A DNA stretch of 63,863 nucleotides, filler included, from Octopus bimaculoides (Eukaryota), in the NCBI RefSeq assembly GCF_001194135.2. It is 5 parts of 5 records of this genome, joined end to end, with 100 filler letters (N's around TTAATTAATTAA, not from the genome) between each part and the next. Parts side by side here need not be neighbours in the genome. Positions count along the whole stretch, not along the records: positions 1 to 9,695 come from NC_068997.1; positions 9,796 to 34,640 come from NC_068983.1; 3 more parts are not named here. One strand, given 5' to 3'. Of the stretch, positions 1 through 12,236 are shown piece by piece; the stretch's first letter is position 1, and each line of letters starts with the position of its first letter. Both the position numbers and the translations under genes were made by a program. The notes beneath the pieces were generated by a model. That model was not told where the DNA came from, ran no database searches, and was given only the letters and a program-made list of their open reading frames with translations.

Positions 1-150
1 GGCGGCGGAGGTATTGGCGGCGGCGGCGTTTGTGATGGCAAGGCGGCAGAGGTTGTGATGTCGGTGGCGGCGGAAGCGATGATGGTGGTGGTGGTGGTGG
101 TGGTTTTAGTGGGTTGCTTGCTGCTCGAAGTTGTATTGATGGTGATTATC

Positions 151-187
<37 letters not shown>

Positions 188-560
188 GTCATAACCACCA
201 TCTATTTCTTCTTTTACTCCTCTTATTTCCTCCATCGACGGCACTGTCCTAATCCTCATCATTTTAATCATCCATACCTTCACCATCGTCTTGGTTGTCA
301 TCGTCATTGCCGACGCAACCATCATCTCAGCCACCATTACATAATTAAGACCGAGATCATCATCATCATCGTCATCTTTATCCTCATCCTTATTATCAAC
401 ATTATCATCATTGTTACCATCGTCTTGATCATCATCATAATCATCATCCTAATTATCCTCATTATAATTATCATTACCATTGTGACTGTCTTGTTATTAT
501 CATCATCATCGTCATTGTTATCTTTATCGTCATCATTATCACCATCATCAATAACATCAT
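1..560. repeat. Low-complexity trinucleotide tract (GGC/GGT then CAT/ATC)
   Basis: Imperfect trinucleotide runs that account for the poly-V/H/M/D ORFs in the track. Confidence 0.9.
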
Positions 561-578
561 GAAAAAAAATGAGCAGCA

Positions 579-750
579 GGCGCAGGAGTGACTGTGTGGT
601 AAGTAGCTTGCTTACCAACCACATGGTTCCGGGTTCAGTCCCGCTGAGTGGCGCCTTGGGTAAGTGTCTTCTACTATAGTCTCGGGCCGACCAAAGCCTA
701 GTCAGTGGATGTGGTAGACGGAAACTGAAAGAAGCCTGTCGTATATATAT

Positions 751-797
<47 letters not shown>

Positions 798-843
798 TCC
801 CCCAGCTTTGCTTGACAACCAATGCTGGTGTGTTTACGTCCCC
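579..843 (+). mobile_element. tRNA-derived SINE family A, 5' half with internal (GT)n
   Basis: Head ggcgcaggagtgactgtgtggtaagtagcttgc...ggttccgggttcagtcc (A/B-box-like) and core ccttgggtaagtgtcttctactatag. Homologous to copies at 5451, 10425 and 63816. Ends at an N gap. Confidence 0.9.
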
Positions 844-1480
844 NNNNNNNNNNNNNNNNNNNNNNNNNNNNNNNNNNNNNNNNNNNNNNNNNNNNNNNNN
901 NNNNNNNNNNNNNNNNNNNNNNNNNNNNNNNNNNNNNNNNNNNNNNNNNNNNNNNNNNNNNNNNNNNNNNNNNNNNNNNNNNNNNNNNNNNNNNNNNNNN
1001 NNNNNNNNNNNNNNNNNNNNNNNNNNNNNNNNNNNNNNNNNNNNNNNNNNNNNNNNNNNNNNNNNNNNNNNNNNNNNNNNNNNNNNNNNNNNNNNNNNNN
1101 NNNNNNNNNNNNNNNNNNNNNNNNNNNNNNNNNNNNATATATATCTGTGTATCTGTGTGTTTTTTTACTAGTAGAAGATACTTCCCACGATTTTCTGACC
1201 CATCAGCAGTAAAAATCCTTCCCTCACTTCACAGAAACATTCCTCACAACCAAATGGGACGCACCGAAGCCCAACACCTACAGCAATAACAACAACAAGA
1301 ACATCTACAACAACAAAGCCAAGAACAGCAGCCATAATAGCAACAAAAACGCTTACAAGTGAACAGCACATCTTATGGAATCCCGTAAAGAACTGCACTT
1401 TCAGTAACATTTATCTTTCGTCAGCGCGTAAATGACGCCTTTTCCCTACCACCAAGAACAACTCTATCACTAGTGTGCTT

Positions 1481-1630
1481 GCGTCCCAGTAACTTAGCGT
1501 TTCGGCAAAGAGTCCGATAGTATAAGTACTAGGCTTACAAAGAATAAGTCCTGGGGTCGATTTTCTCAACTAAGGCAGTGCTCCAGCATGGCCGCAGTCA
1601 AATGACTGAAACAAGTAAAAGAGTAAAAAA
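1481..1630 (+). mobile_element. SINE family A, 3' tail
   Basis: gtaacttagcg...ataagtactaggcttacaaagaataagtcctggggtcg...gtgctccagcatggccgcagtcaaatgactgaaacaagtaaaagag, matching 5620-5765 and 56635-56785. Confidence 0.9.
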
Positions 1631-1631
1631 A

Positions 1632-1681
<50 letters not shown>

Positions 1682-1685
1682 TTAA

Positions 1686-1724
<39 letters not shown>

Positions 1725-1726
1725 CA
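1631..1726. repeat. (TTA)n microsatellite
   Basis: Visible directly. Confidence 0.95.
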
Positions 1727-2328
1727 TTAAGCATTTTCATTGTATTGTTTTACTGCGCCACAAGGTGCAACACCTCGTGCCTGGGTGTGTGCAGTATTGG
1801 CTTTCGAAGGAAGAAGTAGGTGCGTTATTACATCCAATTTGTTGTGGCGTGGGAGAAGTTCTTTTCTTGCTCCTTGTTGCGTTGGTTGTTACCTGGCTGT
1901 AGTTTTCTTTTGGAAGTCTTTACATCACAAAAAGCTTACAGCGTAGAATATTTCATGTGAGTCATATATATATATTACGGAATTGAAATTCATCTTACGT
2001 AGAATATTTGCTATACATCATAAGACTACTTGAAACATTGTACGTAGAAATGTTACTGGTAATGATATGTCGACGGCGGTAGTGGTAACGGTGGTGGTGG
2101 TGGTGNNNNNNNNNNNNNNNNNNNNNNNNNNNNNNNNNNNNNNNNNNNNNNNNNNNNNNNNNNNNNNNNNNNNNNNNNNNNNNNNNNNNNNNNNNNNNNN
2201 NNNNNGGTGGTGATGTTACTGTTGTTGTTGTTGTGTAACCCCATGTTTGCCCTTACCCAAATAGCTTTAGATCAAAATGCATTATCGCTGTGACTATCTC
2301 CTTTTTACCACACTATACTCCCCCCCTT

Positions 2329-2383
<55 letters not shown>

Positions 2384-3124
2384 CTCCATGGTACAAATTT
2401 AAATTGTGGTCCATAGGAAGAGCCATTCTAACGCACATCAAAATTGCCGGCTTTGTGCTAAATCTAGAAGCAATTATTTGTGAATTGATTCTAATTGTTC
2501 AGTGCCTTATCAAGGTTAAGATCGCTTAAGAACATAAGATTTCTGTAAATAAATAACTAAATAATAAAAACAAAATGTTCTGGAAAAGTCATAAAGAATG
2601 TCACATGATGAAGAATAAAAAAGAATTAATAACAGAATTAGAAGGGAAGAAGTCGAAATTATTTGAAGAAAATAGAATTTCTCGAGAGAATGTTTCGGCA
2701 AAAATGCAAACAGGAAAAAATATATAAGAAAAAAAATACACTTACACAAAAAGAGAGAAAAAAAACAGAAGCCAGGTAACAGAATTTTTTTCAGCAGAAA
2801 AATAGTTTGCAGGCTGCGCGCCATTAATCTGTTTAAGACACGACTATGTTGGAAAAATTGATGTTTTTCTCACGGAATCAAGAAGTTTGATGCTTGATTA
2901 AGGAAATTCAAATGTAATTTGTGTACGAAACAATCTAATTAACAATAAACATTGATTGGCTTACACGACGTTGCTATTAACTAATAAGTATAAAGGTCGC
3001 AAGTTAGTAAGCAATCAGTTTGGTATCGAAAGCCAATACACGGATTTCTAATTCTCAAAATAAAAAAGATATAAACGTACAAAGAGACGGTGTAAAGTTG
3101 ATTATATTTATATATATGTATATA

Positions 3125-3159
<35 letters not shown>

Positions 3160-3986
3160 NNNNNNNNNNNNNNNNNNNNNNNNNNNNNNNNNNNNNNNNN
3201 NNNNNNNNNNNNNNNNNNNNNNNNNNNNNNNNNNNNNNNNNNNNNNNNNNNNNNNNNNNNNNNNNNNNNNNNNNNNNNNNNNNNNNNNNNNNNNNNNNNN
3301 NNNNNNNNNNNNNNNNNNNNNNNNNNNNNNNNNNNNNNNNNNNNNNNNNNNNNNNNNNNNNNNNNNNNNNNNNNNNNNNNNNNNNNNNNNNNNNNNNNNN
3401 NNNNNNNNNNNNNNNNNNNNNNNNNNNNNNNNNNNNNNNNNNNNNNNNNNNNNNNNNNNNNNNNNNNNNNNNNNNNNNNNNNNNNNNNNNNNNNNNNNNN
3501 NNNNNNNNNNNNNNNNNNNNNNNNNNNNNNNNNNNNNNNNNNNNNNNNNNNNNNNNNNNNNNNNNNNNNNNNNNNNNNNNNNNNNNNNNNNNNNNNNNNN
3601 NNNNNNNNNNNNNNNNNNNNNNNNNNNNNNNNNNNNNNNNNNNNNNNNNNNNNNNNNNNNNNNNNNNNNNNNNNNNNNNNNNNNNNNNNNNNNNNNNNNN
3701 NNNNNNNNNNNNNNNNNNNNNNNNNNNNNNNNNNNNNNNNNNNNNNNNNNNNNNNNNNNNNNNNNNNNNNNNNNNNNNNNNNNNNNNNNNNNNNNNNNNN
3801 NNNNNNNNNNNNNNNNNNNNNNNNNNNNNNNNNNNNNNNNNNNNNNNNNNNNNNNNNNNNNNNNNNNNNNNNNNNNNNNNNNNNNNNNNNNNNNNNNNNN
3901 NNNNNNNNNNNNNNNNNNNNNNNNNNNNNNNNNNNNNNNNNNNNNNNNNNNNNNNNNNNNNNNNNNNNNNNNNNNNNNNNNNNNNN

Positions 3987-4056
<70 letters not shown>

Positions 4057-4462
4057 TTTTCATCTTTTCTCCATGTAGAAAAAAAAAACCGCCTATTTCC
4101 GCGAAGGTAGCTGCCATGACTGACTTTAATGATAATATTGGTAGCACAAAATCTTCGAGCTTTAGAAGTTTCTATTTACATTTAGAGGAGATTACTTTAA
4201 GCCAAGGTTGTTCTTTTACACACATCAAAAGACTGTGTAGATATTGAAACGGAACCCTGCTTCATCCATCTTTCAAATATGGCAGAATTGTCAAAGGATA
4301 ATGTTATTGATGCTCTCTCCTCCCATTCCAGTAATAAAATATATATGAATGGAATATTAAATAAAAACTTACTAAAGAATCAAATTATTTAATGTCATGT
4401 TCTTTGGGAAAAACGTGTTCTTTTATTAGTTTATCACACGTTGGTGTCAAGATTTATGAGAA

Positions 4463-4536
<74 letters not shown>

Positions 4537-4776
4537 CATATATATATATATATATATGTGTATGTATGTATGTATACATATATATGTCTATGTGTATATA
4601 TATATATATATATGTTTTTTGTTTTATTTGCAAAATATATATTTGTGTGTGTTTGTATATATATATATATATATAAAGATAGATAGATAGATAGATATAT
4701 ATATACGTATATACATATACATATATTCATATATGCTTATATATACTTATATATATATATATATGTATATATATAT

Positions 4777-4871
<95 letters not shown>

Positions 4872-5200
4872 TACGTGCGTACATTTATCATATCTCCACA
4901 CATACACACACATATACATCCACACGCATGTATACATAGGTTTTAAACGGAAAACATATTACAGGAAAAAGGCACAGCAAAAAATTTAGTTTTAACTTGT
5001 AAAAACAAAAAAGGAAAATGCCACAGACAAAATGTCAACTTTCATTTAAATACCATTAATAATAGTTGAAATAATGAAAACAAAATATTAAAAAATGCTT
5101 ATTAACTGAGAATAGTTGAAGACAATGGCAGTTCCATTTAAGTAACGGCCTTACACCCATGTGAATATGAGTTAGATATAAACTGGCATAGAGAACCCTC

Positions 5201-5324
5201 AGACAGACAGACAGACTGAGAGACAGACAGACAGACTGAGAGACAGACAGACTGAGAGACAGACAGACTGAGAGACAGACAGACTGAGAGACAGACAGAC
5301 TGAGAGACAGACAGACTGAGAGAC
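5201..5324. repeat. 16-bp tandem repeat (AGACAGACAGACTGAG)n
   Basis: Repeated units running into an N gap. Confidence 0.9.
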
Positions 5325-5450
5325 NNNNNNNNNNNNNNNNNNNNNNNNNNNNNNNNNNNNNNNNNAGAGAGAGAGATAGGTACATAGAAATTATGTGTGT
5401 GTATACACATACACACACACATACACACACACATACACACACACATGGTT

Positions 5451-5768
5451 GCCAAGTGTCTTCTACTCTAGCCTCAGGCCGACCAAAGCCTTGTGAGTGG
5501 ATTCAGTAGACGGAAACTGAAAGAAGCCCGTCGTATGTATATGTATGTTTGTTATTTGCGTCTGTGTTTTTTTCCCCACCACCATCGCTTGACAACTGAT
5601 GTTGGTGTATTTACATCCCCGTCAACTAGCGGTTCAGCAAAAGAAACCGATAGAAAAAATTACTAGGCTTACAAAGAATAAGTTCTGTGGTCGATTTGTT
5701 CGACTAAAGGTGGTGCTCCAGCATGACCACAGTCAAATGACAGAAACAAGTAAACAAAAAGAATAAAA
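5451..5768 (+). mobile_element. SINE family A, 5'-truncated
   Basis: caagtgtcttctactctagcctcaggccgaccaaagccttgtgagtgg...gaaactgaaagaagcccgtcg followed by the family 3' tail. Confidence 0.9.
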
Positions 5769-5862
5769 TAAAAGAATATATATGAAACTTGATTTGCTTT
5801 CCATATTCATATCTTCCTCTTTTATACGAATCTCTGGTAAAATGAAGAATTAGGAAGCTTAC

Positions 5863-5897
5863 CTGACCCGAATAGCATAATACGGCCATAATCTTTT
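5863..5897 (-). CDS. Candidate 35-nt internal exon
   Basis: Minus strand gtgtttcag|AAAAGATTATGGCCGTATTATGCTATTCGGGTCAG|gtaagc. Phase-compatible with the candidate first exon at 8964-8980 (joined peptide MAEGRKKDYGRIMLFGS). No homology recognised. Confidence 0.2.
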
Positions 5898-5899
5898 CT

Positions 5900-6210
5900 G
5901 AAACACGTGTAAGATTATGTCATGAAGTAACATATTACTTCGTTTTTGAATTCGGTTTGCAGGATTCTTTATGTGAGTTCGTGTGTTGAAGCATATTCTG
6001 TTGTGTCTGGGGAGAATCATTCTCTTTGAGAGCTTTATAATTTAACACTCTCACCGGTTAAATTTCCACATTTCTTTTTTATTTTTCTAAAATTTTCATT
6101 GTGTCTTGCAACCTTTTCAATGGTCTTGACTACGTCCGTTAACGGACAGAGTCAAAACTATTGAAAAGGTTGCAAAACGCAATAAGAATTTTAGAAAAAT
6201 TAAAAAGAAA
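5900..6210. mobile_element. Interspersed repeat, probably PLE-associated, ending in a ~140-bp palindrome
   Basis: gtctggggagaatcattctc...acactctcaccggttaaatttccac matches 60367-60440, which lies next to a PLE endonuclease. 6071-6210 is an imperfect palindrome centred on gtccgtt|aacggac. Confidence 0.6.
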
Positions 6211-6224
6211 TAAGAGGACTAAAA

Positions 6225-6460
6225 CACCTTCCTGGGTCATATAGTCTCATATGGCTGGTTTCCCGGTTTTTTGTGATGTGTATTTTCTCCACTGGACTGG
6301 ACGCCGGTCCTTCGCTGAATTTTTCATCTTTGCCTGTTTCGTGGACTGGAATAACGTGAAATAAAGTGTTGTTCTCAAGAACACAATGCATCGCCTGGTT
6401 CAAGAATCGAAACCACAATCTTACGATCTAAAGTCCGACACCCTAATCACTAAACCACGT
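6225..6460 (-). mobile_element. tRNA-derived SINE family C
   Basis: Reverse complement cacgtggtttagtgattagggtgtcggac...gtggtttcgattc (A/B boxes), then acactttatttcacgtt...ccggcgtccagtccagtgg. Confidence 0.7.
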
Positions 6461-6714
6461 GTTTACACTACATGGTGGAAACGGCAGCTAAGTATCCCTC
6501 TTAAAATTCACGGCATACCGTCTTAAAAAGGAGACCTTAAATAATGTGGACGTTGGTTCTTAGTATATAGGGAAAAGTCGTGGTGTTCACAGCTAGAATG
6601 CATTTGATCAAAGGTCTGCTCGTTCACAGATGTTATTGTTGCTGAAAAACAACAAGGACAACAAGTGAATAACGTCTATAAGTAAACACACACACACACA
6701 CACACACCTCATTA

Positions 6715-6855
6715 ATTTTGGAGAAGCACCATAGGGTCGATTAGAGCGACCCCAGCACTAGGAAAGCAAAATGGACCTCGACGGGGTATTTTAAACGCAG
6801 TGAGTAAGAGGGCTAAATTACATCCCGCCAGTGCATTTTGTTCGACGCTCCCTCT
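6715..6855 (-). mobile_element. Degenerate SINE family B fragment
   Basis: Reverse complement contains cgtcgaggtccattttgctttcc...ctggggtcgctctaatcgac, similar to 44163-44375. Confidence 0.5.
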
Positions 6856-6883
6856 TATACGAATCCGACACCATAACAAATCC

Positions 6884-6933
<50 letters not shown>

Positions 6934-7278
6934 NNNNNNNNNNNNNNNNNNNNNNNNNNNNNNNNNNNNNNNNNNNNNNNNNNNNNNNNNNNNNNNNNNN
7001 NNNNNNNNNNNNNNNNNNNNNNNNNNNNNNNNNNNNNNNNNNNNNNNNNNNNNNNNNNNNNNNNNNNNNNNNNNNNNNNNNNNNNNNNNNNNNNNNNNNN
7101 NNNNNNNNNNNNNNNNNNNNNNNNNNNNNNNNNNNNNNNNNNNNNNNNNNNNNNNNNNNNNNNNNNNNNNNNNNNNNNNNNNNNNNNNNNNNNNNNNNNN
7201 NNNNNNNNNNNNNNNNNNNNNNNNNNNNNNNNNNNNNNNNNNNNNNNNNNNNNNNNNNNNNNNNNNNNNNNNNNNNNN

Positions 7279-7335
<57 letters not shown>

Positions 7336-7704
7336 ATATACGTGTGTATAATATATATATATATATGCATATGTATATACATATATATTTGCACACACAT
7401 TCATATAAATATAGATATAGATATTTATATATATATATCTAACTATGTATGTTTGTGCACATACATAAATGCATTCATATATACACTAAAACACACGCAC
7501 GTGTATGTATGTATGTATGCCTTTCTGTCTGTCTGTCTGTCTGTCTGTATGTATGTATGTATGTTTGTATGTATGTTTGTATGTATGTATGTATGTATGT
7601 GTGTATGTATGTGTAGAGATGGCGAGAGGTAGAGAGAGAAAGCGAGTGAGGGAAAGAAACAGAGATAAGAAAATGTAAGTATTCTGTGATTAACTGTGAC
7701 AGAG

Positions 7705-7709
7705 AAGGA

Positions 7710-7757
<48 letters not shown>

Positions 7758-7822
7758 AAAGAAAGAAAGAACGAATGGAGGAAGGAAAGAAAGAAAGAAA
7801 GAAAAAAGAGAGAAAGAAATAC

Positions 7823-7857
<35 letters not shown>

Positions 7858-7860
7858 GAG
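7705..7860. repeat. (GAAA)n/(GA)n purine microsatellite
   Basis: Visible directly. Confidence 0.95.
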
Positions 7861-8070
7861 AGAAGTTCATATTTAAACGTTTCTTCAGGCTTCATATTTA
7901 AATTGGAAATCTGACATCATTATGGATCCATGTTTATAGTTTAACATGGTTGACTGAGTTGCTATAGCAACTACTGGCTTTTGGCGGTTCAGTGCTCATT
8001 AATATGTCTAAGGTTGGATGCAGCCTATACACCAGGGCCTTCGTTACGTGTGTGCGTGTGCGCGTATATA

Positions 8071-8104
<34 letters not shown>

Positions 8105-8914
8105 NNNNNNNNNNNNNNNNNNNNNNNNNNNNNNNNNNNNNNNNNNNNNNNNNNNNNNNNNNNNNNNNNNNNNNNNNNNNNNNNNNNNNNNNNNNNNNNN
8201 NNNNNNNNNNNNNNNNNNNNNNNNNNNNNNNNNNNNNNNNNNNNNNNNNNNNNNNNNNNNNNNNNNNNNNNNNNNNNNNNNNNNNNNNNNNNNNNNNNNN
8301 NNNNNNNNNNNNNNNNNNNNNNNNNNNNNNNNNNNNNNNNNNNNNNNNNNNNNNNNNNNNNNNNNNNNNNNNNNNNNNNNNNNNNNNNNNNNNNNNNNNN
8401 NNNNNNNNNNNNNNNNNNNNNNNNNNNNNNNNNNNNNNNNNNNNNNNNNNNNNNNNNNNNNNNNNNNNNNNNNNNNNNNNNNNNNNNNNNNNNNNNNNNN
8501 NNNNNNNNNNNNNNNNNNNNNNNNNNNNNNNNNNNNNNNNNNNNNNNNNNNNNNNNNNNNNNNNNNNNNNNNNNNNNNNNNNNNNNNNNNNNNNNNNNNN
8601 NNNNNNNNNNNNNNNNNNNNNNNNNNNNNNNNNNNNNNNNNNNNNNNNNNNNNNTATATATATATATATATATATATGCATATATATAATTTATATTATA
8701 TATGAGCATGCAAATCTTCGAACATAAACATATATATATATATACATTCATTCCTCATACGCATATAGATATATGTATATATCTGTGAATATACACATAT
8801 ATAATACATCTTTCATGTATGTGCATTTGTGTGTGTGTGTGGTTATGCTTATGTGTTTGTATGTATGCCTTTTCTGTGACACAAATATTCTCTATAGATT
8901 CTTGTTAATCTAAT

Positions 8915-9060
8915 CTATCCGCCATGTTGTTTACGCAAGCCAATTGACAAAATGACGACATACTTTCTGCCTTCCGCCATAATTATCGTTAAAGCTTGGC
9001 TGACTAACACAACTAACGTATTTACCAGCCGTAAGGCGTAAACGCTGCCATCAATGTCAA
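8915..9060 (-). promoter_or_regulatory. Candidate promoter/5'UTR with three co-oriented YY1-like ATGGC motifs
   Basis: Minus strand AACATGGCGG (8919-8928), ATTATGGCGG (8974-8983) and TGATGGCAGC (9044-9053) in non-repetitive sequence that looks richer in CpG than its surroundings. Confidence 0.3.
8964..8980 (-). CDS. Candidate first coding exon (MAEGR-)
   Basis: attATGGCGGAAGGCAGAAA|gtatgt gives a good start context and donor, but it is very short and could be chance. Confidence 0.2.
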
Positions 9061-9276
9061 CAGTAATGTAATAATAACCTCTTTAATCTCCTCTACTCTA
9101 CCTGCTACCTCTCTCTCTCGTTCCCTCTCTCTCCTTGTAACTGTATATGATGCTTTCACTAACATTAACTTCACTAATTTTGTAAGAGAGCAATGTCGTA
9201 ACGAGCAATGTCATAACTAGAGCGATGTCGTAATCGCAGTAGTATCTTGCTTCCAGCAATATTGTAAGCGTTCAAT

Positions 9277-9397
9277 ATGGATGATGTAACTGAGATCCTT
9301 GTTCTAACGAGATTGAGTAATGGACGAGTTAATTCTTGGTCACAGTTATGTCGTAGAAGCATTATAGCTGGTGTAACTATGCTTGTTGTTCTAAGAG
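9277..9397 (+). CDS. Candidate first coding exon MDDVTEILVLTRLSNGRVNSWSQLCRRSIIAGVTMLVVLR(G)
   Basis: aatATGG start, 40 open codons, donor AG|GTGAGC at 9398, hydrophobic end like a signal anchor. No downstream exon is established. Confidence 0.3.
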
Positions 9398-9739
9398 GTG
9401 AGCAAAAGATAAGATTTAAAAAAGAGCGTTCATTCCTTGCAGTTGAACGGACAGGCGTAAACTTCGTAGGTTAACAAACGTTGCATCCTTTTAAAATTGT
9501 TTCTCCTTTACAAATAGAATGAAGTAGACGGGAAATAAAACTAGAGTTCCAATATTTGAAGAAGTTGAGCACTCTTGTAACAAATGATGTTTTTAAAAAC
9601 TGAAATACAATGACACAGCAGAGTGTTTCGTACACCATACATACATATATCTAAATATACATTTATATACATACATATATATATATATATATATANNNNN
9701 NNNNNNNNNNNNNNNNNNNNNNNNNNNNNNNNNNNNNNN

Positions 9740-9751
9740 TTAATTAATTAA
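9740..9751. other. Assembly linker TTAATTAATTAA inside N padding (also 34685-34696, 56579-56590, 61767-61778)
   Basis: Identical 12-mer with stops in all six frames, embedded between N runs at four places. Confidence 0.95.
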
Positions 9752-9998
9752 NNNNNNNNNNNNNNNNNNNNNNNNNNNNNNNNNNNNNNNNNNNNATATA
9801 TGTAGGAATTTGATAGTTATTGAAGGCCATAGAGAGACCATCGTTTTCGCACCTATACAGCGATTAGCACTGTAGGCCAACAGAATGGTTGATATGAGAC
9901 TTAAATAGATGAAGGCGCGTAATCTCTTAGCTACTGGGGGAATAAATATGTAACGGTCACTTCCTTTTGAAAAACAAAAAAATAATAATTTCCGTTCT

Positions 9999-10200
9999 GA
10001 GGGTCGGGGTTAACTCCTTTACATCAGATTCATCCATGGTGATATTCGAATGAGGTGTGGCAGGACTATTCAACGAATGGGAAATTGCAAGTCTGAGGAA
10101 TTCACCATTCATTGAATAGTCCCATGAGTGCTCCTTCGAACATCATTATCACTCGAACCGATGTAAAGGAGATAAAGCCGTCCAGTTAACCCCGGCCCTC
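9999..10200. other. 202-nt multi-stem imperfect inverted repeat (structured RNA or palindromic MITE)
   Basis: Stems 9999-10014/10185-10200, 10015-10025/10160-10170, 10040-10054/10131-10145 and 10063-10083/10101-10122, with a 17-nt terminal loop. Confidence 0.85.
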
Positions 10201-10424
10201 CTGCAACATGTACAATTATATTTCGCTTACAAAACCAGATGGCCTTTACCTCATTTGCTCAGCTTATGGACTTTGCAACCGAACTCGCACCCGTATATAT
10301 GTACATATGTATACATGTAAAATTGATTTCGTTAGTTATTATTCACTCCGTGGGGATTAAACATGCATCCTTCTTTCTCTCTCTTTCCTTGTGTATATAT
10401 ATATGATATAATATAATATATGTA

Positions 10425-10585
10425 GGCGTAGGAGTGGCTGTGTTGTAAGTAGCTTACTCACCAACCACAGGTTTCCCGGGTTCAGTCCCACTGCGTGGAA
10501 CCTTGGGCAACTATATTCTACTATAGCCTCGTGCCGACCAAACCCTTGTGAGTGGATTTGGAAACTGAAAGAAATCCGTCGTATA
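10425..10585 (+). mobile_element. SINE family A, 5' part
   Basis: ggcgtaggagtggctgtgttgtaagtagctt...gggttcagtcccactgcgtgg...gaaactgaaagaaatccgtcg, ending at a gap. Confidence 0.9.
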
Positions 10586-11699
10586 TATGTATATATATNN
10601 NNNNNNNNNNNNNNNNNNNNNNNNNNNNNNNNNNNNNNNNNNNNNNNNNNNNNNNNNNNNNNNNNNNNNNNNNNNNNNNNNNNNNNNNNNNNNNNNNNNN
10701 NNNNNNNNNNNNNNNNNNNNNNNNNNNNNNNNNNNNNNNNNNNNNNNNNNNNNNNNNNNNNNNNNNNNNNNNNNNNNNNNNNNNNNNNNNNNNNNNNNNN
10801 NNNNNNNNNNNNNNNNNNNNNNNNNNNNNNNNNNNNNNNNNNNNNNNNNNNNNNNNNNNNNNNNNNNNNNNNNNNNNNNNNNNNNNNNNNNNNNNNNNAA
10901 AATTTCACTGGTTTAATCCCCATCACGTTAGAAAAAATTTCGATGATGCGTTATAATGTAAGAAAATGAAGGGTTGAGGACGTATAATTAATTTATTTAC
11001 ATCATAGTTTGTTGTTAAGATATAAATACAAATAAATAAAAAAAAGCACAATAGAAGATTTTAGAAACCTGCATAAGTTTCGATTCTGGCCCCTTGGTAA
11101 TGCATAATTGAAAGTATTTTTATTAAATCTAATGTTTAGCATTTAAGCTCTATGGTATAGAATTTCTTCAGAGTTTTTGTTTTAACAATGGGGAAAGTTG
11201 CATCTTTCTTGGAAGAATTCAAGTCACAGATAAGGAAGTTTAACATCGTATTTCATATATATTTTGTGTATGTATTTGTTAAGTTTATAAATCAAGTATA
11301 TATTTAAAAAATCTAAAATAATATAAAATAAACTTATTTAAAAAAATATATTTGAATAATATGAATAATGAAATATTGTTATATCTTTAAAGGAAAATAA
11401 TTATATAATAAAATAAAGTAAATAAAATAAAATAAAAATAAATAAATAAATTATGAAAATACATAATAAATAATAAATAATAAATTATGAATAAACCGTT
11501 ATAATTGTATAATTTCCACTGGCCTGCTAGTAGATACTAGTAAATATTCATGTATAAGTGTTCACCGAATCATATTAAATCAAATTTAGTCGTTTATATA
11601 TGTGTTAGTATCTACTAAAATTTGAATTTTCTATCCTTTAACAGATGTATTATTCAAGTTAATATATGTACACATAGACATATATATATNNNNNNNNNN

Positions 11700-11738
<39 letters not shown>

Positions 11739-12236
11739 ACAGTAGGTGTATATATATTTTCCTATATATATCTAGGCTTAAGTATAGGTTAAATATACTA
11801 AATATATATACAGTTGTATGTAATACAGTATTTGTGCCAAAAGGAGTTAACAATCGAAAATATAACAAATTAAAGGAGAAAAATAGAAAAAATTAAAATT
11901 AAAGTATTTTATATTATAATGAAATATATAGAAATTTTAGAATAAATATCTACTAGTTCATTTATTTATATACCTAGAATATGCGTATTACATTTCTTTC
12001 TGATAACTAATATGTGTATTTCGGCATTGATTCATGTTTAGTTAACGAAAAAGCCAACGAAATATATTACAGACACGTTAGTTCATTCAAATATCTTATT
12101 GGGAGTTAATATAAATCTTAATTATTTATATATCTGTTAAAGGTTATACTATTTACTTAAAATAATTTATTGATGATAATACTATCTATTTTGTATTACA
12201 ACTAGATACAATTAAGTAAAATAAAATAATGTACTG

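Noticed and set aside
4079-4390. Polypyrimidine acceptor followed by protein-like frames (KKKPPISAKVAAMTDF...)
   Set aside because: Frames are broken by stops, there is no convincing donor, and no family was recognised
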